Below, in pieces: positions 37,583 to 47,900 of a stretch of DNA of 64,000 nt. A model generated the notes under the pieces. The model did no database searches, had not been told where the DNA came from, and was given only the letters and a program-made list of their open reading frames with translations. The stretch is from an uncultured Ignavibacteriaceae bacterium (lineage in GTDB: Bacteria > Bacteroidota > Ignavibacteria > Ignavibacteriales > Ignavibacteriaceae). Made by a program: the position numbers and the translations under genes. Each line of letters starts with the position of its first letter. Position 1 is the stretch's first letter. The stretch spans positions 11,785 through 75,784 of the forward strand of contig CAZHCW010000018.1 of the NCBI GenBank assembly GCA_964531325.1, read 5' to 3'.

Positions 37583-39984
37583 TTTAACAAAACCATTTTA
37601 CCACTAAGCACTTTTTCTCCCGAAGTGATTCTGTAGATATACACTCCTGAAGGTACCTGTTTGCCTGAAGTTGCTATTCCGCTCCAGATAAATTCATTTC
37701 TACCGGGTTGATAAATTCCTTCCTCTACAAATACTTTGTTAGCAAGAGCATCATAAATTTCAACCATCACTTTGCCACTTTCAGGAAGATCAAAAACCAA
37801 CTTCGTTGAAGGATTAAAAGGATTTGGATAATTCCCCTGAAGTTTAAACTCAGAAGGCATTTCCGGTAGCTCATCCTTAATCGAAGTAGTGGTATCAGCT
37901 GTAAAGCCAATTGCAGTTAACATCGGTGCGATTTCAGGATTTTTCATAAAATTATTCCAGAGCAATCCTGTTCTGTAATTTTCAATCATTGCCAGAATTG
38001 GACCCTGATCAATCGCAAGATAACTTGAAGCAAACCAGTTTTGCTGAGGATTAAATGAATCCTTAAAACCGTAAACTCCCCATAAACTCTCACCGTAGGT
38101 TCTATACATATTCTTTAGTGCAGCCATCGATTCAACGGGAGTATAGGGCATAGAAGAAAGAGCTGCTGTTGGTGCAATGGTTCCATTATCCCCCCAACTG
38201 GTTGGTTCATGAGCTGAATAACCCCATGGATCATCAGAAGCTGTGAGACCCCAGGTATTTGCATTGTAGCCTGCGTATCCTTTTGGGTTGGCGATGCAAT
38301 ATGCTCTGTTTACAAGTGTCTGATTTTTGTTATGTTCAAAATAGTTAGCAAACATATCTCTCTTGTGTCGCGGGTCGAATCCCAAATAAGAATAGTGTGC
38401 AAAGAAAAGAGGACCACCCGTGTTTTGTCCAACCCACAAACGATAGCCGTAATAAGTTCCTGTGTTCTGGTATCCCGAGTTTACAGTCCACCCAAGCCAG
38501 TAAGCCTGTGCCGGCATCGGATAAGTGGGAGATGCAACTGCCAACATATACATAATCATCGCTTCCATATATCCCGTAACGGGCATATTCATCTGCCATC
38601 CATAATTGGGTGACCAGTGCCAATAAAGTTTGTAGGTGTTAGAATAGCGTCTGTACCAGTTCCACTCAACGGTTTCCCAGGCTTCAGTAAGTTTTGTCCG
38701 CAGTTCTGTTTCAAGTGGAGTGGCAGAATCAAAATACTGTCTTAAAGTAAGAAGTCCCTGTATCATAAACGCAGTTTCAACCAGATCACCACCATCATCA
38801 TAAGTGCCAAATGGAATTACATCTCCTGTGGTACCGTTAAGCCAGTGTGACCATGCACCATGAAATCTGTCAGCTTTAGTGAGAAGGAAATTTACAATTT
38901 TTAATGCCCTTTCCGCCCCTTCCTCACGGGTAATGTAGCCCCTTTCAATTCCAACAGGGATGCCCATCACTCCAAACCCGGATCCGCCGATCGTTACCGT
39001 TTCGCCGCTGTTAAGTCTTTCTCTCGCAAGTCCTGAAACAGGGTGAGCATAATGCCAGAAGTAACGGAATGTTGCAGCTTGCACCATATCAAGAAAATCT
39101 TCATCTGTCATTTGAGAGGTTGTAACCGGGAGGTCAACAGTTCTTTCGGATTCATTATACGATGAATCAAAAGCCGTAATTGCAAATACACGGGAATTCC
39201 CCATTGCTCCTGTCCACTCATAATAATAGTTTTCGTTTGCGGTTGTATTTCCAATTCTTATATAGTTACTTCCTTCTTTTTTGTAGATGTTGTATCCCAT
39301 TAAATCATTCTCGGGGCTTTTCATCCATCTTAGATCAAAGTGTTTTTCATAACCTTTTGCCACGGGAAGACCGGGGACAGAAGGGGGAACAGGATCGATA
39401 CTCCCTTTGGAAACCATTCTCACTTCATCGATAAATACAATTCGTTGCGTGGTATCCGCCGCAGCTTTTGCAAAGAAAACATATTTAATTTTTGTGAGAT
39501 CGGTGGCACCGGCGTTATTTCTGAAAAGAGACAACGGAACCAGCACCCGCTTCCAAGAAAAGGCCGGGAGATCGCTCAAGAAGTTGGACATCAGAACACT
39601 ACTCGTTTGCTGTCCAACATTATCCTGAAGATAAAGCTTCGGAAGAATGTTACCACTTATCGCAGTTTCGGAATAAATGTAAAAACTGAGTGTATCTTTG
39701 TTATTTACATTAAACAAGGGATTTCCCGAACCTGCCACTCCCAAACGCCAATCACCTGAATCCATCGATTTCCAACGAAGTTTAAGTGCATTGGTGCCTG
39801 AAAAGACATGCTGATTGGAAACAGGAAATTTGCTGTCAAATATCAGTTCAACAAATGCCGGTGCACTGTATGAGCCAAGACTTGGATCCCAATAGGTGCT
39901 AACAGCACTGTTTGTGAAGAAGACAAAATCCTGTCCCGATACTATTCCAAAAAAAGCAACAAGGAATATTGTCAGATATTTCAT
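37579..39984 (-). CDS. Surface-anchored GH144-like protein: N-terminal binding domain, Fn3-like linker, (alpha/alpha)6 catalytic domain and T9SS sorting domain
   Basis: The ATG at 39984 (MKYLTIFLVAFFGIVSGQ) is preferred over the TTG at 40029. Catalytic-domain motif FLDMVQAATFRYFWHYAHPVSGLARER. The C-terminus is LQGNYPNPFNPSTKLVFDLP...GVYIYRITSGEKVLSGKMVLLK. Confidence 0.7.
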   Translation of the reverse strand: MKYLTIFLVAFFGIVSGQDFVFFTNSAVSTYWDPSLGSYSAPAFVELIFDSKFPVSNQHVFSGTNALKLRWKSMDSGDWRLGVAGSGNPLFNVNNKDTLSFYIYSETAISGNILPKLYLQDNVGQQTSSVLMSNFLSDLPAFSWKRVLVPLSLFRNNAGATDLTKIKYVFFAKAAADTTQRIVFIDEVRMVSKGSIDPVPPSVPGLPVAKGYEKHFDLRWMKSPENDLMGYNIYKKEGSNYIRIGNTTANENYYYEWTGAMGNSRVFAITAFDSSYNESERTVDLPVTTSQMTDEDFLDMVQAATFRYFWHYAHPVSGLARERLNSGETVTIGGSGFGVMGIPVGIERGYITREEGAERALKIVNFLLTKADRFHGAWSHWLNGTTGDVIPFGTYDDGGDLVETAFMIQGLLTLRQYFDSATPLETELRTKLTEAWETVEWNWYRRYSNTYKLYWHWSPNYGWQMNMPVTGYMEAMIMYMLAVASPTYPMPAQAYWLGWTVNSGYQNTGTYYGYRLWVGQNTGGPLFFAHYSYLGFDPRHKRDMFANYFEHNKNQTLVNRAYCIANPKGYAGYNANTWGLTASDDPWGYSAHEPTSWGDNGTIAPTAALSSMPYTPVESMAALKNMYRTYGESLWGVYGFKDSFNPQQNWFASSYLAIDQGPILAMIENYRTGLLWNNFMKNPEIAPMLTAIGFTADTTTSIKDELPEMPSEFKLQGNYPNPFNPSTKLVFDLPESGKVMVEIYDALANKVFVEEGIYQPGRNEFIWSGIATSGKQVPSGVYIYRITSGEKVLSGKMVLLK

Positions 39985-40025
39985 CCGGCTATGGTTCCTG
40001 AAACGATCTAAATACTCGACTGGTT

Positions 40026-42416
40026 TCAAATTTTGTTTCCAAGTGTGACTTTAACCGTAACCCGGCTTTTGGTCACTGGTTTTATTATATTACCTTCGTA
40101 TTCTTTACCATCTACTTCAACCCGGACTACTCCGCTTGAGACATGATCAGGATTAACCACCTCGATTTCATAACTGCAACCTCTGTAGAGTCTTTTAATC
40201 TTAAAGCCATCCCAATCGGAAGGAATTACAGGATCAACCAATAATCCATCATCCACCGCACGGACTCCAAGGATCCAGTCAACTGTTACTTTTTGATACC
40301 ATGAAGCAGAACCTGTGTACCAGGTCCATCCCGCTCTTCCATAATTCGGCGAGTCTGGTCCATCAATGTTACCCGGAGTGACATAAGGTTCAGCGGCCCA
40401 AAGATCGGGATCCATTCCATTAAGGATCGGAGAAATGCCTTGAAAAACTTTGTATGCCGTTTCGCTTTGTTTTAACTTGGCAAAAGCCCAAATCGACCAT
40501 GTTGCAGCGTGCATATATACTCCACCGTTTTCCCTCTTTCCGGGAGCATAACGGGAAAGATAACCGATATATTTATCAGGAACACTGTATGCAGGTTGAA
40601 GCAACAATGTACCGTTTTTCTTCAAAAGATATTTTTCAACAGCCTGAAGTGCCAGTTCCTGTTTGTTCAACGGAGCTATATCACTCATTACCGACCAGGT
40701 TTGTGGATTCAAGAATATTTTACCTTGCGTGTTTTCAGCAGAACCAAATTTTTCGCCGGTATCTTTTGTGCCACGATAATAATATTCACCATCCCAGGCA
40801 TGTTTGTTAAATGCGTCTTTTATCTTTTCCGCTCCCGAAAGAAGACGAGCCTCAGTGGATTTGTCACCTTTTTGTTTTGCAATGTTAGCGAATTCTGTTA
40901 AAACAAGATAGAAGAATTCAGCCATCCAAACCGATTCACCTTTCATTTCGAGTCCAACAGCACTCAGTCCGTCGTTCCAGTCACCGGCTCCAATAAATGG
41001 AATTCCACGACTGCTTATTCTGGAGAAAACAACATCTATTGCACGAAGTGAATGATCATAAAGTGATTCTTTAAGGTCTTTGTTGTCATAATATTCAATT
41101 TTTGTATCAACAAAAGAGAGATTACCAGTTTCTTTTATATACATTGAAAGAATAAAGGGAAGCCATAACAGATCGTCCACCATTCTTGTTGGGAGTCCGG
41201 TTTCAGAGATGGGATGCCACCAATGCAGAACGGTTCCCTCTTCAAACTGATGTGCAGCGTGAAGTTTTAACTGGTTTTCAGTTCTTTTTGGATCAATCGG
41301 CAACCAGACTAAAGAGTCCTGAAGTTGATCTCTGAATCCAAATGCACCACTCTGCTGGTAGTAGGCTGTCCTTCCCCAAAGTCTGCCTGAAATCGCTTGA
41401 TATCTCAACCATTTGTTCACAAGCAAATTCATTGAACTGTCGGGAGTTTCAATTTCAAGAGTTGATAACATTCCCTGCCACATCTCTTGAACAGCTTTAA
41501 GCGCTGAATCAACTTCGACGGGATTACTGTATTTTTTCATCTTGCCTTCGATCTCTGAAAGCTCTTTAACCAAACCAAGATGGTAAATTACAGTATCTTC
41601 CTGCCCGGCTTCAATTACTAATTCATTTTGTAAACAGGCAATTGGATCGTTCCACGACCCTGTCTGTTGTTTCAATTCTGTTCCATGCAGTGCAGCAGGA
41701 TGAATCAGATCGCCATAGTTCCCAATAAAATTCTCTTTTTCAGATTCGTAAGAAACAACTTTTTTGTTGACTCCAAAAAATCCGTGATATTGATAATCTA
41801 TGTTCCAGTGCCCACGGTCTCCAAGTGGGATTTCCCACAGTCGTTTGGTACCGTGCATGTAATTGCCTTTGTTATTAAAGGCGGTTTCAATAAAAGTTTT
41901 ATGGAATTCACGGTGAAAATCAGCCGATGAACCCAAACACCATTCAAAATATGTGAAAAGAATTAAAGAAACTTTTTTACCTGAATTGTTGATGAACTTT
42001 ACTTTCCATACTTCGAGTGTATCGTTTAATGGAACAAAAACAGTCATCTCAATTCTGATTCCTTTGTATTCTGAAGTGAAGACAGTGTAACCAAAACCGT
42101 ATCTGCACTCATAAAAATCCAAGGGAGTTTTAACGGGCATAAATGTGGGACTCCACACTTCACCTGTTTCATTATTTTTAACATAAAGATATTTGCCCCA
42201 GTTATCCTGTATCAGGTCCTGATGCCAGCGATTTACCCTGTTAAACTCTGAATGAGTAAGCCAGCTAAATCCGCCTCCGGTCTGCGAGATCACAAGCCCG
42301 TAATCACCATTCGATATGACATTCACCCATGGTTTCGGTGTATCATATCGTTTTATTACATATTCATTGCCGTCGGCTGAAAAATATCCATATTTAGTTT
42401 CAAATAATCTTTCCAA
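40026..42416 (-). CDS. GH94 glycoside phosphorylase (cellobiose/chitobiose/beta-glucan-oligosaccharide phosphorylase family), cytoplasmic
   Basis: 796 aa with no signal peptide. The N-terminus YGYFSADGNEYVIKRYDTPKPWVNVISNG...GGGFSW...NRWHQDLIQDNWGKYLYVKN is collinear with cellobiose phosphorylase as I remember it. Substrate is not resolved. Confidence 0.85.
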   Translation of the reverse strand: MERLFETKYGYFSADGNEYVIKRYDTPKPWVNVISNGDYGLVISQTGGGFSWLTHSEFNRVNRWHQDLIQDNWGKYLYVKNNETGEVWSPTFMPVKTPLDFYECRYGFGYTVFTSEYKGIRIEMTVFVPLNDTLEVWKVKFINNSGKKVSLILFTYFEWCLGSSADFHREFHKTFIETAFNNKGNYMHGTKRLWEIPLGDRGHWNIDYQYHGFFGVNKKVVSYESEKENFIGNYGDLIHPAALHGTELKQQTGSWNDPIACLQNELVIEAGQEDTVIYHLGLVKELSEIEGKMKKYSNPVEVDSALKAVQEMWQGMLSTLEIETPDSSMNLLVNKWLRYQAISGRLWGRTAYYQQSGAFGFRDQLQDSLVWLPIDPKRTENQLKLHAAHQFEEGTVLHWWHPISETGLPTRMVDDLLWLPFILSMYIKETGNLSFVDTKIEYYDNKDLKESLYDHSLRAIDVVFSRISSRGIPFIGAGDWNDGLSAVGLEMKGESVWMAEFFYLVLTEFANIAKQKGDKSTEARLLSGAEKIKDAFNKHAWDGEYYYRGTKDTGEKFGSAENTQGKIFLNPQTWSVMSDIAPLNKQELALQAVEKYLLKKNGTLLLQPAYSVPDKYIGYLSRYAPGKRENGGVYMHAATWSIWAFAKLKQSETAYKVFQGISPILNGMDPDLWAAEPYVTPGNIDGPDSPNYGRAGWTWYTGSASWYQKVTVDWILGVRAVDDGLLVDPVIPSDWDGFKIKRLYRGCSYEIEVVNPDHVSSGVVRVEVDGKEYEGNIIKPVTKSRVTVKVTLGNKI

Positions 42417-42450
42417 GGTCTCTTTCCATATTTATTTAAAGTGTAAAATT

Positions 42451-42594
42451 AACCACAGAGCACACATAGGGCACAGAGTCAGTTTTCAGGTGCTAAATTT
42501 TTCGAGTATTAACGATCGTCGTAAGACATGTGCGTCAATCTGTCTAATCCGCGTCCTCTTCTCTTCCTCGGTGAGCTCTGTGCGCTCTGTGGTT
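42451..42594. mobile_element. MITE-like 144-bp element with 16-bp terminal inverted repeats (related to repeat family A)
   Basis: The left end AACCACAGAGCACACA (42451..42466) matches the reverse complement of the right end TGTGCGCTCTGTGGTT (42579..42594) at 15 of 16 positions. The interior carries cacagag, aatctgt and TAATCCGCGTCC words. Confidence 0.45.
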
Positions 42595-42618
42595 TATAAA
42601 GTATTACAATTTACAATA

Positions 42619-44585
42619 CTACTTCATCAGGATCATTTTTTTCGTAGCGTTGAAATTACCTGCACTTATGGTATAATAGTAGATACCACTTGCAAGATTG
42701 GTCGCATTGAAATCCAATGTGTATTTACCCGATTCAAATTCACCATTAGCGAGTGTTGCAACTTCTTTTCCAAGAACATTGAATACTCTTACTGTAACAA
42801 ACGATTTGGTTGGTACAGCAAATGAAATGGTGGTTGACGGGTTAAATGGATTTGGATAGTTCTGATCGAGTGCATAGTCTGCAACTACATTACTGACTTC
42901 AACTACACTTGAGTAAGCAAATTCACCATTAAGATCAATTTGTTTTAATCTGTAATAGAGACTGCCTGTTACTTCTCTATCGATGTAGCTGTAGTTTGTT
43001 CTGTCGGTGGTTGTTCCTTTTCCTTCAACAAATGCAATTGCTGCAAAAGTAACTCCGTCGTTGCTTCTTTCAACCTGGAATCCGGAATTGTTGCTCTCGG
43101 ATGCGGTTGACCAAGCAAGTGTAACATTACCATTAGAGGCTTCTGCAGTAAATGATGTTAACTCAACAGGAGTAGAAATGTTGGTCAGGTTAAGGGTTCT
43201 CATGTTTGGACCCCACTCACTGCCCCAGAAGGTTTTGTGGAATGTTCCTTTTTCTCCCCATGGCACCATTCCATTATGGTATCCATCAGGATCAAAAAGT
43301 ACAAACATTACCTGGATGGTGGCTGGTACAGTTGTATATCCAAGAGCAGCAAGATCAATCATCAATTCTGCACTGTAACCATTATCGATTTGTGTGGTAT
43401 CGTTAACAACTGTACCAACTGCTTTTACCCCAACTCCGGCACCAAAATTGGCTCCGGGGCCTTCATAAACCATATTAGGATCTGCACCACCCGCGTTGAA
43501 ATAGAGTTTATACTCCTTATCAGCATTGGTTGCATCTTTAATCTTCATGAACAAGCCATCACCTTCCCAACTGTCACCAAAACGGCATACAGATTTATCA
43601 GTTGAGCTAAATCCGATATAGAGCTTGCTGCCGATTCTGAGAACTTTAAGGGGAGTTAAGGTTGTGTCTGTATAAGGACCTTTTACGAGAACAGTTGATG
43701 TTACTGTTTTCGCCATTGGAGGAGGCGTTGAAGTTGGTCCAAACATCAAATAATCAGTTTGATATTGCCAATCAGCTTCATTAAGTAATCCATCAACCAC
43801 GATAGGAGCTGATGCAACTTTAACATCAAGTGCCGGAGGATCCATGAAGAAAACGAGTTCTCTCATTACAGGACCCCATTCACTGCCCCACCAGGTTTTG
43901 TAGAAAGTTCCCGGGGCAACCCATGGAATCATTCCATGATGATACATGTCAGGATCAAAAATGTTGATCATCACAGGAACGGATGTTACATTAGGACCAT
44001 ATCCAAGTGAATCAAGATAGATGAGAAGTTCGGCACTGTAACCGTTGTCAATCTGGGTAGTATCGTTAACGATTGTGTTGCTTCCCTTTAAACCTGCACC
44101 CATACCGGGAGCCTGTGCTTCATAAACCATATCAGAATTTATACCCGGCGCATTAAAATAAAGTTTGTACTCTTTGTCAACGCCATTCGCATCTTTGATT
44201 TTCATGAAAAGGCCATCACCTTCCCAACTGTCACCAAATCTGCATACATATTTGTCGTCACTCCAGAAACCGATGTAGAGTTTATTCCCCACTTTGAGGA
44301 ATTTCATTTTTGTGAATGTTGTATCCACATAAGGTACCTGATTGGTAACATGAACTCCTCCGGTAACACCTTGCATCTGCATGGTGGACGGTGCGTTTGG
44401 TCCGAAGACCAAATATTCCTGGACACTGTTCCAGGCTGCTTCATTCATATTTCCATCAACTGTGATGGGTCCGGCGCTGAGATATGCCTCACGAGCCTTG
44501 GGATCGACATATTGCTGAGCGTATAGTGCCTGCACTGTTGAAAGCACAAATACTACTGCGATTAGCTTGTAAAAATTGCTTTTCA
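42619..44585 (-). CDS. Secreted tandem CBM9-like carbohydrate-binding protein with T9SS sorting domain
   Basis: The GTG at 44585 follows AGGAGA and gives the signal peptide (M)KSNFYKLIAVVFVLSTVQALYAQ. Two ~220-aa modules each contain VCRFGDSWEGDGLFMKIKDA...DKEYKLYFNA. The C-terminus is LDQNYPNPFNPSTTISFAVP...GIYYYTISAGNFNATKKMILMK. Confidence 0.78.
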
Positions 44586-44833
44586 CGGGATCTCCTGTTT
44601 TTTTGTTAATTAAAAAATGTAAACGGTTACACACCGTTAAATTAAACTATTTTTATTTAATAGTCAAGTAATATTTTTATATTTTTTAAGTTTTTTTACT
44701 TTTTTTTACATGTTATGACATCATTGTCTCTTTTTACCCTCTTTTTTATATTTTGCAGGATGATTTTTAGCAAAATTTGAGGATTCAGCTCGCTTTATTA
44801 TTATACTGAATTCTTAATTGGAAAATTTATTAA

Positions 44834-44846
44834 TGTAAATTTTACA
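44834..44846. promoter_or_regulatory. Candidate operator: perfect palindrome TGTAAA-T-TTTACA in the divergent promoter region
   Basis: It is embedded in overlapping inverted repeats: AATGTAAAT...ATTTACATT at 44832..44858 and TGAAT-ttac-ATTCA at 44847..44860. It lies ~70 bp upstream of the ATG at 44915. Confidence 0.35.
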
Positions 44847-44914
44847 TGAATTTACATTCATTTTCGCAAATACTCAGGTTTTTATTCACTCTCCATTTAT
44901 AAACAGGTTCATCG

Positions 44915-47900
44915 ATGAAAAACAGACTTTTCTATTTTGGTTTTTCGCTTATTATGTTCACTAATTTTTATCTGAATGGTCAAATATTTTTTAGGGAAAA
45001 TTTCGATAAACCGGACTCCTGGAAGATTAATGCCTCCGAAGGAGTTGAAGTATTATCCAAAAGTGACCAAGGAGTTTCAGGAGAGTGTATCAGTTTTGAT
45101 GTTAACTTCACTCTTGGCAGCGGTTATGGCGGGATTTATGATTTGGTTGATGTTGAACTGCCGGAAAATTATCAGTTGACCTTTTGGGTAAAAGCAAAAG
45201 ATATCCCCTCAAATAATTTTGAAATAAAACTTGTGGATCCTTCCGGTGACAATGTCTGGTGGATGAATAAAAAAGGATTTGACTTCCCCGGAGAGTGGAC
45301 AAAAATTACCGTCCACAAACGCAACCTGAATTTTGCATGGGGTCCTCAGGGGGGTGGTGAAATTAAAAGAATTGGAAGAATTGAATTTATTGTCGCCTCA
45401 GTGAATGGAGGAAAAGGAACAATCTATTTGGATGATCTGAAAATTGAAAAACTTGATCCGCCATCCGCCCCTACTTCTGATCCTGTTGTCTCTTTTTCGG
45501 ATGTTACACTAAAGAGCACAGGAAACCAATTATTTGATAAAAATCCGGAAACCTTTTGGAGTGGCGGAAAAGGAATAAAGAACTTTGAACTTAACATCGA
45601 TTTCACCGGACACAAAGAGTTTGGTGGAATTGTGACCGATTGGGCAAACAACGACTTCCCCGCTAAATATATATTTGAAGGTTCAAATGATAAAATCAAC
45701 TGGACAAAACTTTCTGAGTCAAAAGGTAAATCGGGTAAATCTTATATTGTAACCCCCGAAGCCCGTTACAGATATTTAAAAATGAAAATCCAAAACGATA
45801 ACAAAAATGAACTCAGATTAAATGACATCGTTTTTAAAGACATCACTTTTGGAGACAATAACAACAACCTGTTTTATGAAATAGCCGCCGAAAGTCCAAA
45901 AGGAAGATTCCCCCGCTACACACTTAAACAACAAAACTATTTCACTGTGGTTGGTGTCTCGGGTGATGTGAAGGAAGGACTGCTTAATGAGGACGGTCTG
46001 CTTGAGACCGATAAACAATCTTTTTCCGTAGAGCCATTTCTTCACTTAAATGGAAAGTTTATAACCTGGCATGATGTTGAAATTTCTCACGCCCTACTCG
46101 ACAACTATCTCCCCTTGCCATCAGTTACCTGGAAAGGAGACGGGTTTGAACTTAAAATTTTGGCTTTCGCTTCAGGTGAACCGGGCAGTTCAATACTCTA
46201 TTCAGGATATGAAATAACCAACACCGGGAACAAAGATTTATCAGGCAATTTTTTCCTTGCATTACGACCATTTCAAGTTAATCCACCCTGGCAAGACCTT
46301 AACTTCTATGGTGGAACTGCAAAGGTTGAAACGATTGAATTCAAAAACAATTTTGTTCTTGTAAACAATAAAACAACCGTAATCCCTCTTGATAAATCAG
46401 ACAACTTTGGTGCTCTCCCCTTTGTTGAGGGAGATATCACTTCGTTTCTGGCAGAAAATAGACTGCCTGAATCGAAATCAATAACAGATAATCAGGCTCT
46501 TGGGTCAGGCGCATTTTCATTTAATCTTTATCTGAAACCGGGCGAAATAAAGTACATCCCATTTGCAATCCCTCAGTATCAGAATATTCAACCTGATTCT
46601 GTTTTGAAACAAAATTTGAATTCATATCTCTTTGATGTGGAATACACTAAAACCAAAGATTTCTGGGTGAAAAAGCTGGATCATGTAAAGTGGACAGTCC
46701 CCGCTGAACTGCAGCAAGTATTTAATACAGTAAAAAGCAATATGGCTTATGTCCTTATCAATCGGGATAATGTTGGTATTCAACCGGGCTCCCGCTCCTA
46801 TGAAAGATCATGGATCAGGGATGGAGCACTAACCTCAGCCGCACTGCTTAAAATGGGGCTAAAGGAGGAAGTGAAGGAGTTTGCAGAGTGGTATGCAAAA
46901 TATCTCTACAAAAACGGAAAAGTGCCGTGTGTTGTTGATAAAAGAGGACCCGATCCCGTTCCTGAAAATGACAGCAATGGTGAGTTTATTTACTTAATCT
47001 ACCAGTATTACAGATATACAGGTGACAAAGAATTTATTAAAAACCTCTTCCCAAAAGTGGAACAGGCAGTTGGCTTTATCCGGCACATGATATCGGAAAG
47101 AAGTACCCCTCACTACAGAGATAATAAAAATGATTCCATAAGATCGCTATACGGTCTGGTACCCGAATCTATCAGTCATGAAGGTTACTCCGACAAAGCT
47201 ATGCACTCTTACTGGGACAATTTTTTCACCCTCCTTGGTCTAAAAGATGCCGTCACCATGGCAAAACTTCTCGGGAAAGACGAACTGACAAAATCATACA
47301 CTGCAACCCGCGATTCATTTGAAACAAATCTTTATAACTCAATTCGCCTCGCAATTAAAAGAACAGGAATTGATTATATCCCCGGTTGTGCCGAAAAAGG
47401 TGACTTTGACGCCACTTCCACAACTATCGCTGTGTATCCGGGTGGTGAGATCCATAATCTCCCCCAACCTTACCTTGATAATACTTTCAAAAAATATTAT
47501 CAGTTCTTTAAAGATCGCAGAGATGGAAAACTTAAGTGGAATGAATATACTCCCTATGAAGTGAGAACAATTGGAACATTTAATTTCAGCGGACAGACCG
47601 ATATTGCCTGGGAATTAATACAGTTTTTTACGAAAGATCAAAGACCACAAGGATGGAATCACTGGGCAGAGGTTGTTACCCGCGATTACAGATTTGCCCG
47701 ATTTGTTGGAGATATGCCCCACACATGGTGTGGATCTGATTTTATAAATGCTATCAGAGCAATGGTAATCCACGAAAGAGAATCCGACAATTCACTCTTG
47801 ATCGCCCCCGGTTTCCCCGATGCCTGGTATGAGTTTGAAGAGGGATTTTCATTCACTAATCTGCCAACTTATTATGGTGAAGTCAGTTATGAGATTAAAA

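Noticed and set aside
40026-42416. Calling the GH94 enzyme a 1,2-beta-oligoglucan phosphorylase outright.
   Set aside because: At 796 aa it fits the cellobiose/chitobiose-phosphorylase size class rather than the ~1,100-aa characterised sophoro-oligosaccharide phosphorylases as I remember them. Specificity cannot be read from the sequence by eye.
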